Below are positions 31,533 through 40,060 of a stretch of DNA of 48,334 bases, one piece after another. A model generated the notes under the pieces. The model was not told the DNA's origin, did not search any database, and saw only the letters and a program-made list of their open reading frames with translations. Location: positions 1-48,334 of the forward strand of contig JBBQQK010000001.1 of the NCBI GenBank assembly GCA_038216025.1. The letters are read 5' to 3'. The DNA comes from Patescibacteria group bacterium (GTDB taxonomy: Bacteria; Patescibacteriota; UBA1384; XYA2-FULL-43-10; 1-14-0-10-43-13). The number at the start of each line of letters is the position of its first letter. Within the stretch, counting starts at the first letter, position 1. The position numbers and the translations under genes are program-made.

Positions 31533-31805
31533 ATGAATGATATTTTATTACAAATTTTACTGGTGGTATCGATAGTGGTGGGTTTGCTTTTAACTGTAAA
31601 TCTAGTGCGCTTGTATCAAGTTTTGACCGATTTATCGCAAGCATCAAATTCAATCAAAAAAACAGTCTCTTCTATAACGAACATTATTACGGCTTGGAGG
31701 CAATCTGCAAAAACGGTAGCGGAGTTTGTCGGAGAAATTACTTCTTTTTTAGATCTATTTAAAAGATCTAAAAAAGTTAATGAAAAAATAGACGAAGAAA
31801 AATAA
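31533..31805 (+). CDS. Small membrane-anchored coiled-coil protein (DUF948-like?)
   Basis: The ATG at 31533 is preceded by GAGGAGG. A TM helix (ILLQILLVVSIVVGLLLTV) is followed by helical sequence. The track ORF from 31479 is probably over-extended. Confidence 0.45.
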   Translation: MNDILLQILLVVSIVVGLLLTVNLVRLYQVLTDLSQASNSIKKTVSSITNIITAWRQSAKTVAEFVGEITSFLDLFKRSKKVNEKIDEEK

Positions 31806-31828
31806 AAATAATTCAATAGTGAGGAAAA

Positions 31829-33034
31829 ATGAGTAAAAATTTTGAAATTGATGATATAATCACAACTGAAAAAACGAAGAAAAAGGGAAGAGCTACTATC
31901 GTGATGCTTAGTTTGGGTATTATTTGCTTGTTTTTCGGCATGATAGGCGGAGTCGGCGGAGTCTTATTGCTATCTTCTGACAATAGTTCTCTTGCAAAAA
32001 AAATGGGAATAAACGATCTCTCTGGCATTAGTATTCCGACAACTAGAACCGAAAAGTTGGTTTTAGAGGAATCAAGCGCCATAACTGACACTGTAATTAA
32101 AGTTTCACCTGCGGTTGTCTCAATTCAAGCCAAAACACAAGTACAAAATATTTTTGGCCAAATTGTTGAGCAACAAGGTGCCGGCACGGGTTTTATTATA
32201 ACAAACGACGGCTTGGTTATAACAAACAAGCATGTTGTAACTGATGCAAGTGCTGTTTATACAGTGGTTATGTCCGATGGCAAAACTTATGACGCGAAGG
32301 TTCAATCGCAAGATCCTATACAAGATTTGGCAGTAATGAAAATCGACGCTAAAAATTTGCCTGTAGTCGACTTGGGGGATTCGGATGAAGTTAAGGTTGG
32401 CCAATGGGTCGTTGCTGTTGGTAATGCTCTCGGGCGGTTTGAAAATTCGGTAACAGCAGGAGTTATCTCTGCTCGAAACAGAACCATACAAGCAACAGAC
32501 GCCAGCGGTTCCAATGGAGAGGTGATAGACGACATGTTTCAAACTGATGCAGCTATAAATCCTGGAAATTCTGGAGGGCCACTAGTAAATCTTAAGGGAC
32601 AAGTTATAGGAATAAATACCGCAGTAGCCAGCAATGCCCAAAGTATTGGATTCGCTATTCCGATCAATGCTGCCAAATCAGCCATTGAGAGCATTAAAAA
32701 AACTGGCAAAATAGTACGGCCATATCTAGGAGTTCGTTATGTTGCGATCACAAAAGATATAGCAACACAGAACCAGTTAAAATATGACCATGGCGCTTTA
32801 GTAGTCAGGGGAAGTGGCATAGGCGATTTCGCCGTTGTTTCCGGCTCGCCAGCTGATAAGGCCGGCATAGTGGAAAATGATATTGTTCTTGAGGTTAATG
32901 GGGAGAAAATAGATCAAAACAATAGTTTGGTTAAGCTCATACAACAATATAAAATAGGCGATGAAATAACTCTGAAAGTATATGCCAAGGGCGTTGAAAA
33001 AGAAGTTAAATTAAAACTGGAAGAGGGCAGCTAG
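31829..33034 (+). CDS. htrA: HtrA/DegP-family serine protease with a PDZ domain
   Basis: N-terminal TM helix, catalytic His (VITNKHVV), Asp (DLAVMKI), Ser (GNSGGPLVN), and the PDZ motif GSPADKAGIVENDIV. Confidence 0.9.
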   Translation: MSKNFEIDDIITTEKTKKKGRATIVMLSLGIICLFFGMIGGVGGVLLLSSDNSSLAKKMGINDLSGISIPTTRTEKLVLEESSAITDTVIKVSPAVVSIQAKTQVQNIFGQIVEQQGAGTGFIITNDGLVITNKHVVTDASAVYTVVMSDGKTYDAKVQSQDPIQDLAVMKIDAKNLPVVDLGDSDEVKVGQWVVAVGNALGRFENSVTAGVISARNRTIQATDASGSNGEVIDDMFQTDAAINPGNSGGPLVNLKGQVIGINTAVASNAQSIGFAIPINAAKSAIESIKKTGKIVRPYLGVRYVAITKDIATQNQLKYDHGALVVRGSGIGDFAVVSGSPADKAGIVENDIVLEVNGEKIDQNNSLVKLIQQYKIGDEITLKVYAKGVEKEVKLKLEEGS

Positions 33035-33060
33035 CCGTTGTTTCTAAAGGAATATTTAAA

Positions 33061-33089
33061 AAACAAACGCCTTCAAGGCGTTTGTTTTT
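33061..33089. terminator. Bidirectional rho-independent terminator between the convergent htrA and prmC genes
   Basis: Perfect 10-bp stem AACAAACGCC/GGCGTTTGTT with loop TTCAA, flanked by an A-run upstream and a T-run downstream. Confidence 0.7.
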
Positions 33090-33937
33090 TAAATATTTAG
33101 AGAAAGATAACGTATTTTACCGGATAAATCTTTTGTTATTTTTAAGTTGTGTTCATCTGCCAACGGAATGGAGTTCTCATCGATCTCCATAATAATTTTT
33201 GTTGTCCTATTTTTGGCTTCTTTCAAAAATAAACTGCTTATTTCTGATCCAATTTCACCCCCAAATATTGCTTCCTTTGGCTCAAATGCAATATCTTTTT
33301 GTAAATTCTTCTGACCTAGCGAGACGTAGGGGAGATTGGCCAAAATAAGGTCGAATTTTTCTGGTAGCTTGTCGTTTGAGAAAAGATCGGATTTGAAAAA
33401 TTTAATTTGATTAGAAACTCCATGTTTTTTTGCATTTTTTTTTGCAACAGATAACGCTTTTTCTGAGTTGTCTACTGCGTAAAGTCGAAAATCATCAGAA
33501 GAGTATTCTTTGATAAGCTCTATGGCCAAAGAGGTAATAATGCAGCCAGATCCGGTACCCATGTCAAGGACGGAAAGCTGCTTAGATTCATTTCTAGCGA
33601 GAAAAACATTTTTGAATGCCTCGAGAGCTTTGGCGACTAAAAATTCTGATTCGGGGCGGGGGATAAGCACAAATTTGTTTACATCAAAATCATGACCATA
33701 AAATTCTTTGGTGCCGGTAATGTAGGCAATTGGAATATATTTTTTTCTTTTGTTTAAGCTTTTTTGGAATTTTAAAATCTGGCTTTCCGATGGTTCATAT
33801 TCCGGATGAGACAACAAAAATGCCTCCGTTATGCGACATTCTTGTTTGAGAAGTATTCTTGCATCGACTGCGCTGGTCTTGATTCCCGCTTTTTCTAATT
33901 GGGATGTTCCGATCTTATATAATTCGCCAATATTCAT
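33089..33937 (-). CDS. prmC: Release-factor glutamine methyltransferase PrmC (HemK)
   Basis: SAM-binding motif VLDMGTGSGCI. The catalytic tetrad position reads NLPY instead of NPPY. It lies immediately downstream of prfA. Confidence 0.8.
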   Translation of the reverse strand: MNIGELYKIGTSQLEKAGIKTSAVDARILLKQECRITEAFLLSHPEYEPSESQILKFQKSLNKRKKYIPIAYITGTKEFYGHDFDVNKFVLIPRPESEFLVAKALEAFKNVFLARNESKQLSVLDMGTGSGCIITSLAIELIKEYSSDDFRLYAVDNSEKALSVAKKNAKKHGVSNQIKFFKSDLFSNDKLPEKFDLILANLPYVSLGQKNLQKDIAFEPKEAIFGGEIGSEISSLFLKEAKNRTTKIIMEIDENSIPLADEHNLKITKDLSGKIRYLSLNI

Positions 33938-33943
33938 GGTAGT

Positions 33944-35011
33944 TTAAATTTCCGTAGTAGCGGCTAATTTTCTGGCTTGATCTTCGGTCGCAAGTGCATC
34001 AAGAATTGATTCTATCTCGCCCATCATTATCTTCGGAAGTGAATGCCAAGATTGATTGATTCGATGATCGGTCACTCTATCTTGCGGAAAATTATAAGTG
34101 CGAATTTTTTCCGAACGATCGCCGGTTCCAATTTGCGAACGGCGAGCGTCCCCTCTTTCTTTGGCGAGGCGTTCTTGTTCTGCATCTAAAAGCCTGGCCC
34201 TTAAAATATTTAGTGCTTTTGCTTTGTTCTTTAGTTGGCTTTTTTCATCTTGGCATGAGACTACAATTCCTGATGGCAAATGTGTTATCCTGACTGCCGA
34301 ATCTGTGGTGTTTACCGACTGTCCACCTGGGCCGGACGCTCTGAAAACATCAATTCTGATTTCTTCTGGTTTAATCTCAATTTCTGCTTCTTCAGCTTCT
34401 GCTAGAACGGCAACAGTTATAGTGGAAGTATGAACTCTACCTGATTTTTCAGTTTCAGGCACTCTTTGAACGCGATGAACACCGCTTTCATATTTCATCT
34501 TGGAATAAACCCTCTCGCCTTGGATTTGAAAACTGATAGACTTGATACCACCTATGCCCGAGGTCTGGGATGCCAGTATTTCGATTCTCCAGCTTTGTGA
34601 TTCTGCATATCGGCTATACATTCTGAATATTTCTGCCGCAAACAATTCCGACTCCTCTCCTCCGGCAGCCGGTCTTATTTCCACAATTACATTTTTTTTA
34701 TCATTTATGTCTTGTGGCAAAAGAGATAATTTTAGTGCAACCTCAAGTTTATTTTTTTCTTCGTCTAAATCCCCTAGCTCTATCGAGGCGATTTCTTTTA
34801 GTTCTTCGTCGTCTTCTGTGGCGATTATTTCTTTATTTTCTTTGATGTTTCTTTGTACATTAAAATAACGCTCGATATTTTTTGCCATTTCGTCTAAATC
34901 CGATTTTTCCTTTGCTGCCTTTGTAAGCTCTTCTTGAGAAGCATCGGGACGATGCAGTATTTGATCAAGCTCTTTGTAGTGTTTTAAAATGTTTTGGAGA
35001 CGATCATTCAT
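33944..35011 (-). CDS. prfA: Peptide chain release factor 1
   Basis: [25 protein letters not shown] (GGQ motif) and [16 protein letters not shown] (PxT tripeptide region typical of RF1). Confidence 0.95.
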   Translation of the reverse strand: MNDRLQNILKHYKELDQILHRPDASQEELTKAAKEKSDLDEMAKNIERYFNVQRNIKENKEIIATEDDEELKEIASIELGDLDEEKNKLEVALKLSLLPQDINDKKNVIVEIRPAAGGEESELFAAEIFRMYSRYAESQSWRIEILASQTSGIGGIKSISFQIQGERVYSKMKYESGVHRVQRVPETEKSGRVHTSTITVAVLAEAEEAEIEIKPEEIRIDVFRASGPGGQSVNTTDSAVRITHLPSGIVVSCQDEKSQLKNKAKALNILRARLLDAEQERLAKERGDARRSQIGTGDRSEKIRTYNFPQDRVTDHRINQSWHSLPKIMMGEIESILDALATEDQARKLAATTEI

Positions 35012-35051
35012 GATGAAATATTAATTAATTGTTTTGTTACAATATCATTAT

Positions 35052-35094
35052 TACAAAAAGCCAGCTAAAAATTAAAGTATTTTAAAGCTGGCTT
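35052..35094 (-). terminator. Hairpin plus T-tract downstream of rpmE; possible partial terminator before prfA
   Basis: 9-bp stem AAGCCAGCT/AGCTGGCTT (35058-35066 and 35086-35094), followed on the - strand by TTTTTG. Confidence 0.45.
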
Positions 35095-35108
35095 AAATAT
35101 AAATTTAG

Positions 35109-35375
35109 CTATTTGTCGTTTTTTGCTTCTGTTGGAACGACTTCTTTTTTGATAGTAGCATCTTTGCTCTTTTGTGCAGCAGCGATACGAGCTCTGAATT
35201 TATCAACTCGTCCTGCAGCATCGAGAAGTTTTTGTTTGCCTGTATAGAACGGATGGCAAGCAGCACAGATTTCAACACTAAAATTAGACTCTGTTGAGCC
35301 AATCGTATATGTTGCTCCGCATGCGCACTTAACGACTGCATCTTTATTGTATGTTGGGTGAATTCCTTCTTTCAT
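35109..35375 (-). CDS. rpmE: 50S ribosomal protein L31
   Basis: [28 protein letters not shown]...[13 protein letters not shown] is the L31 signature with the Cys pairs. Confidence 0.95.
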   Translation of the reverse strand: MKEGIHPTYNKDAVVKCACGATYTIGSTESNFSVEICAACHPFYTGKQKLLDAAGRVDKFRARIAAAQKSKDATIKKEVVPTEAKNDK

Positions 35376-35399
35376 CTTTTTCCTTTTATTTACCTTGAT

Positions 35400-35428
35400 A
35401 GAATATCATAATTTGTTGGTTAGGTCAA
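35400..35428 (-). promoter_or_regulatory. Candidate rpmE promoter (TTGACC, 17-nt spacer, extended -10 TGATATTCT)
   Basis: Read on the reverse complement of 35400-35428. Confidence 0.35.
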
Positions 35429-35473
35429 CTTTTTAGCGACGTAGTAATTTATTATTAAAACAAATCAATGATA

Positions 35474-35502
35474 TTGTCAAATGATCAATTTTATGTTAGT
35501 CT
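35474..35502 (+). promoter_or_regulatory. Candidate rpsB promoter (TTGTCA, 17-nt spacer, TGTTAGTCT)
   Basis: Hexamers read by eye. This promoter would give a 5' UTR of about 200 nt. Confidence 0.3.
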
Positions 35503-35712
35503 AATAAAGATTTAAGCAATCTGCTTCACGCTCAGGCGGAAGTAAATAATCACGTTTCTCTCAAAATTCTTTCCTTTTGATTCAAAAGGGTGTGAAACGG
35601 TAGTAAAAAAGAATTAGTATTTATTAACAAATTTATTTTAGCCTAGGTTGAAGCGCCGTATCTTAATAGGTGCCGTTAAACCTATGTTTTAAAATGAAAG
35701 GAAACTTAAACT

Positions 35713-36414
35713 ATGGCTAAATTGCCAACTCTTCGTGAAATGTTAGACGCAGGCGCTCACTTTGGTCACCGAACATCTAGGTGGCATCCCAAAATGGATC
35801 CATATATTTTTATGGCCAAATCCGGAGTTCATGTAGTTAATTTGGAAAAAACAGCGGAAAATTTAGAAAAGTCAGTTAACTATGCCAAAGAGATTGTTTC
35901 TAAAGGCAAGATGATTTTATTCATCGGGTCCAAAAAGCAAACAGCAGATATTATTAAAAAGGCAGCACTTGAGTGTGGCATGCCATATACTAATTATCGC
36001 TGGATAGGCGGTACTCTTACAAATTTCACAGCCATTAAAGCTGCGGTAAATAAATTCAAAAAAAACAAAGAACTTCTTGGGGATACAAGGGCAATGGATG
36101 CGATGTCTAAAAAAGAATTGTCTCGATTGAGAAAAGGCGTAGAAAAAGCAGAAAAAACGCTAGGTGGTTTGATCAGCATGGACAGAAAACCGGATGCTTT
36201 GTTTGTTTTGAGTGCTCATGATGAGATTATTGCTCTTAAAGAAGCTATTAATGAGCAAGTGCCGGTTATCGCAATCGTCGATACCAACACGGACCCAACA
36301 AATATTGCTTACCCTATCCCAGCTAATGACGATGCGACAAAATCAGTTGATCTATTCTGTCGCGTTATGTCAGAAGCAATCAAAGAAAGCAAATCGATAG
36401 CTAAAAAAGAGTAA
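35713..36414 (+). CDS. rpsB: 30S ribosomal protein S2
   Basis: LREMLDAGAHFGHRTSRWHPKM and YTNYRWIGGTLTNF are S2 signatures. Confidence 0.95.
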   Translation: MAKLPTLREMLDAGAHFGHRTSRWHPKMDPYIFMAKSGVHVVNLEKTAENLEKSVNYAKEIVSKGKMILFIGSKKQTADIIKKAALECGMPYTNYRWIGGTLTNFTAIKAAVNKFKKNKELLGDTRAMDAMSKKELSRLRKGVEKAEKTLGGLISMDRKPDALFVLSAHDEIIALKEAINEQVPVIAIVDTNTDPTNIAYPIPANDDATKSVDLFCRVMSEAIKESKSIAKKE

Positions 36415-36480
36415 ATTTGTTGGATAATCCAATAATTATTTAATTCATTTAGATTATAATTTATGTACTAAGGAGCTAAT

Positions 36481-37074
36481 ATGGGAACAACAGCCCAAGA
36501 GATCGCTCAGCTTCGAGCTAAAACCGGTTTAGGCATGATGGAATGCAAAAAGGCATTGGTTGAAGCAAATGGAGATGAGAACAAAGCAATTGAGATCCTA
36601 AGACAAAAGGGTGCCGCAAAAGCTGAGAAAAAATCAGTTAGAGCGACTGAGTCTGGATTAATTGACACTTATATTCACGGCGAAGGTAAAATAGGCGCTA
36701 TGGTTGAGGTTTTGTCTGAAACTGATTTTGTGGCAAGGAACGAAGAGTTTAAAGCCTTTGTTCATGACATTGCACTGCACGTGGCAGCCGTTGATCCGCA
36801 GTATATTTCAGAAAAAGAGGTTCCTCAAGAAGAAGTTGAAAAACAAAAGAATATTTTTATCGAACAAGTAAAAGCCCAGGGTAAGCCAGAAAACATTGTC
36901 GAGAAGATTGTTGAAGGTAAAATGAACAAATATTTTTCAGAAATTTGCCTCTTGAAACAACCTTTTGTAAAGAACGAAGACCTAACCATAGAAGAACTTT
37001 TAAGAGATAATATCGCCAAAATTGGCGAAAATCTAGTTATTTCAAAAATTGCGAGATTTGAATTAGGCAAGTAA
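36481..37074 (+). CDS. tsf: Translation elongation factor Ts (short form)
   Basis: LRAKTGLGMMECKKALVEANGDENKAIEILRQKG (UBA-like N-domain) and ETDFVARNEEF. Confidence 0.95.
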   Translation: MGTTAQEIAQLRAKTGLGMMECKKALVEANGDENKAIEILRQKGAAKAEKKSVRATESGLIDTYIHGEGKIGAMVEVLSETDFVARNEEFKAFVHDIALHVAAVDPQYISEKEVPQEEVEKQKNIFIEQVKAQGKPENIVEKIVEGKMNKYFSEICLLKQPFVKNEDLTIEELLRDNIAKIGENLVISKIARFELGK

Positions 37075-37139
37075 ACTGATATTATAAAAATAGAACTAAA
37101 CAATGATTCGTTTTAGTTCCTATTAATGAATAGGAGTAT

Positions 37140-37697
37140 ATGGTAGACACGATAATCCAAGAAACTAAACCTAAAATGGATTCGGCCATTTCTGTTCTCC
37201 GAGATGACTTATCCAAAATTCGTACAGGCAGGGCCAACCCTGCAATTTTAGATGGAATAAGAGTTAGCTATTATGGCTCTACCTCTTCTTTAAAAGAGGT
37301 GGCCTCAATTTCTGTTCCTGAATCAACTATAATCGCAATCAAACCTTGGGATAGAAACTCTCTGGGTAGCATAGAAACGGCAATCAGAAATTCTGATTTG
37401 GGCTTATCTCCAGTCAACGATGGAACTCAAGTTCGTTTAATTTTGCCTCCTTTGACAGAAGAGAGAAGAAAAGAAATTGTAACTCAAGTTAAAAAAAGCG
37501 GAGAACTGGCCAAAGTAAATTTGAGGAATATAAGAAGCGAAGCTTGGAACAAGGTCCAGGCTGGGATTAAAAGCAAGGAAGTGACCGAAGACGATAAGTA
37601 TGGCGCGGAGGAAAGCCTTAACAAGCTTATCTCTGAGAGAAATAAAGACATAGACAAGATCGTTCTCGACAAAGAGAGCGAATTAATGAAGATATAA
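37140..37697 (+). CDS. frr: Ribosome recycling factor
   Basis: LSKIRTGRANPAILDGIRVSYYG, NDGTQVRLILPPLTEERRKE and NLRNIR are RRF signatures. Confidence 0.95.
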   Translation: MVDTIIQETKPKMDSAISVLRDDLSKIRTGRANPAILDGIRVSYYGSTSSLKEVASISVPESTIIAIKPWDRNSLGSIETAIRNSDLGLSPVNDGTQVRLILPPLTEERRKEIVTQVKKSGELAKVNLRNIRSEAWNKVQAGIKSKEVTEDDKYGAEESLNKLISERNKDIDKIVLDKESELMKI

Positions 37698-37726
37698 TTT
37701 ACAATAGCAATAAGCGATAGGCAAAC

Positions 37727-38812
37727 ATGTTTTTAACAATAATAGCTTTCATAGTAGTTCTCGGTATTCTTGTAATCGTACATGAGTTAGGCCACTTTAT
37801 AGCCGCCAAAAAAGCCAATGTAAAAGTGGAAGAATTTGCTATCGGATTTCCTCCCCGAATATATTCTAAGAAAAAGGGCGAGACACAGTATTCGATCAAT
37901 TTAATACCTCTCGGTGGCTACGTAAAAATGCTGGGAGAGCTAGAGGCGTCAAATGATAAAAGGGCTTTCGAAAATCAAAAACCAGGTAAAAGATTCATAA
38001 TCTCAATTGCTGGGGTTGTGATGAATCTAGTTTTGGCCTGGCTGCTTTTAACCATTGGTTTTATGGTAGGAATGTCACCCATAGTTTCAACTGCCGATAG
38101 TATTCCTGGTAAAAAATTAAGTTCCGAAATTATAATCGCAGATATCGCCAAAGATTCGCCTGCCGAAGCGGCCAGTTTGGAACCTAACGATGTGGCCCTC
38201 AAGGGAATTTTCGGCGAAGAAGTGGTAGAATTCAAATCCGCCCAAGATTTATCCGCATTTACTTCGAATCACAAAAATCAATCGGTATATATAGTTGTTA
38301 AAAGGGAAAACCAAGAGATCAAAAAAGAAGTTTTTCTTTCTGGTAAAAACGAGGCGCCTTTAGGGGTGAGTATTGTAGAGAAGTCGGTAGTCAGAGTTCC
38401 ATGGTACAAGGCCCCCTATGTAGCTTTGCGCGAAACTTACGATATTACGAAGTTAACAGGACAATTTTTAACAGGTTTCTTCAAAAACTTGTTGTCTAAG
38501 GGCCAAGTATCCGAAGAAGTAGGCGGGCCAGTGGCCATTTACGTATATACCGGCTTGGCAGTTAAGGCGGGAGCAATGGTGCTTTTACAATTCGTAGCCC
38601 TTCTATCCATAAATCTTGCTTTAATTAATATTCTACCCTTCCCTGCTTTGGACGGCGGAAGAATCTTGTTCATTCTCTTAGAAAAGCTGTTTGGAAAAAA
38701 AATAGTAAAAGAGAAAATTGAAAACATAATTCACACGGCAGGATTTGCTCTATTGATATTGTTAATAATTGCTATCACCTACCGCGACATTGCAAGACTG
38801 ATTGCTAAGTAA
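37727..38812 (+). CDS. rseP: Site-2 (RIP) zinc metalloprotease RseP, M50 family, with one PDZ domain
   Basis: VHELGHFIAAK (HExxH) in TM1, the PDZ motif SPAEAASLEPNDV, and the C-terminal NLLPFPALDGG motif (here NILPFPALDGGR). Confidence 0.85.
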   Translation: MFLTIIAFIVVLGILVIVHELGHFIAAKKANVKVEEFAIGFPPRIYSKKKGETQYSINLIPLGGYVKMLGELEASNDKRAFENQKPGKRFIISIAGVVMNLVLAWLLLTIGFMVGMSPIVSTADSIPGKKLSSEIIIADIAKDSPAEAASLEPNDVALKGIFGEEVVEFKSAQDLSAFTSNHKNQSVYIVVKRENQEIKKEVFLSGKNEAPLGVSIVEKSVVRVPWYKAPYVALRETYDITKLTGQFLTGFFKNLLSKGQVSEEVGGPVAIYVYTGLAVKAGAMVLLQFVALLSINLALINILPFPALDGGRILFILLEKLFGKKIVKEKIENIIHTAGFALLILLIIAITYRDIARLIAK

Positions 38813-38827
38813 AAATAGGACTATTGT

Positions 38828-40060
38828 ATGAAACAATCACATCTTTTCTATAAAACACGAAAAGAGGTTCCGTCAGATGCTGATTCTATTAACGCTTCTT
38901 ATCTGATAAGGGCTGGCTTTGTTGAAAAGCAGATGGCAGGGGCGTATGCACTATTGCCTTTGGGTCTGCGTGTGATAAAGAGAATACAGAATATCGTCAG
39001 ACAGGAGATGGACTCGATTGGTGGACAGGAACTTTTGATGAATGTTCTCCAACCGAAAGAAATATATTCCGAAACCGGACGCTGGGAAAAAATGGAAGAA
39101 ATCTTATATAAGATTCAGACTCAAAATGGCAAGGAATTGGCCCTTGGTCCTACTCATGAGGAACAGGTTGTAACTTTAGCCAAAGGGGTTATTTCTTCAT
39201 ACAGAGACTTGCCGAAAGCTGTTTATCAAATTCAGACAAAATTCAGAAAAGAAGCCAGAGCCAAGTCAGGTCTGCTGCGGGGCAGGGAGTTTATCATGAA
39301 AGATATGTATAGTTTTCATGACGGAGAGGAAGATTTTGAAAAATTCTATGAACTATCAAAGAAAGTGTACCTAAAAATTTTCGGACGCTTCGGGCTTGAA
39401 GTTAAAATTGTTGAAGCCTCTGGCGGTGTTTTTTCTGAATTCTCCCACGAGTTTCAGTTGCTTACTCCTCAGGGAGAAGATGAGATTTATTATTGTAATA
39501 AATGTGATTTTGCTCAAAACAAAGAAATTGCACAATTCAAAGCTGGAGATAAATGCCCAAATTGTGACGGTGAAATTCTGGTTTCAAACGGGATTGAAGT
39601 CGGCAACATCTTCCCTCTTAGTACTACTTTTGCTGAGCAAATTGGCTGCAAATATATAACCAATGAAGGCAAAGAGCAATATCCTGTCATGGGTTGTTAT
39701 GGCCTCGGAATTACTAGGTGTCTCGGCTCTGTGGTGGAGATAATGTATGACAACGCTAAAAACAGAATGGTATGGCCGAAAGAAGTAGCGCCTTTCGATA
39801 TTCATATTATATCTTTGAATAAAAATGATATTGCTGATTCGTTGTATGAAAGACTTGGACCAAAGTTTGAGGTATTGTACGATGATCGAGAGTTGTCTGC
39901 AGGTCAAAAGTTCGCAGAAGCAGACCTAGTAGGCTGTCCAATCAGACTGATTGTTTCAGGCAAATCATTAGAGGCTGGAGGCATAGAAGTTATTGACATG
40001 TCTAAAAACAGTAGTACAATAGTGCCTATAGAAAATATTGAAAAAATTCTAAATGAATAA
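38828..40060 (+). CDS. proS: Prolyl-tRNA synthetase, bacterial-type core without the INS editing domain
   Basis: LIRAGFVEKQMAGAYALLPLG, FRKEARAKSGLLRGREFIMKDMYSF (motif 2), SHEFQLLTPQGEDEI, GCYGLGITR (motif 3) and an anticodon-binding C-domain. It is only 410 aa. Confidence 0.9.
   Translation: MKQSHLFYKTRKEVPSDADSINASYLIRAGFVEKQMAGAYALLPLGLRVIKRIQNIVRQEMDSIGGQELLMNVLQPKEIYSETGRWEKMEEILYKIQTQNGKELALGPTHEEQVVTLAKGVISSYRDLPKAVYQIQTKFRKEARAKSGLLRGREFIMKDMYSFHDGEEDFEKFYELSKKVYLKIFGRFGLEVKIVEASGGVFSEFSHEFQLLTPQGEDEIYYCNKCDFAQNKEIAQFKAGDKCPNCDGEILVSNGIEVGNIFPLSTTFAEQIGCKYITNEGKEQYPVMGCYGLGITRCLGSVVEIMYDNAKNRMVWPKEVAPFDIHIISLNKNDIADSLYERLGPKFEVLYDDRELSAGQKFAEADLVGCPIRLIVSGKSLEAGGIEVIDMSKNSSTIVPIENIEKILNE

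Noticed and set aside
32120-32542. 140-aa and 77-aa ORFs antisense to htrA
   Set aside because: They overlap the catalytic-triad region of a clear HtrA protease, so they are judged to be shadow ORFs.
34098-34868. Two + strand ORFs of 111 and 108 aa, opposite prfA
   Set aside because: prfA on the - strand is unambiguous (GGQ and PxT regions). The + strand products are Ser-rich and low-complexity.
35376-35712. The AT-rich 337-bp divergent spacer as a candidate replication origin
   Set aside because: It contains no cluster of DnaA-box-like 9-mers (TTATCCACA or its complement), and no dnaA or dnaN is nearby. It is better explained by divergent promoters plus an rpsB leader.
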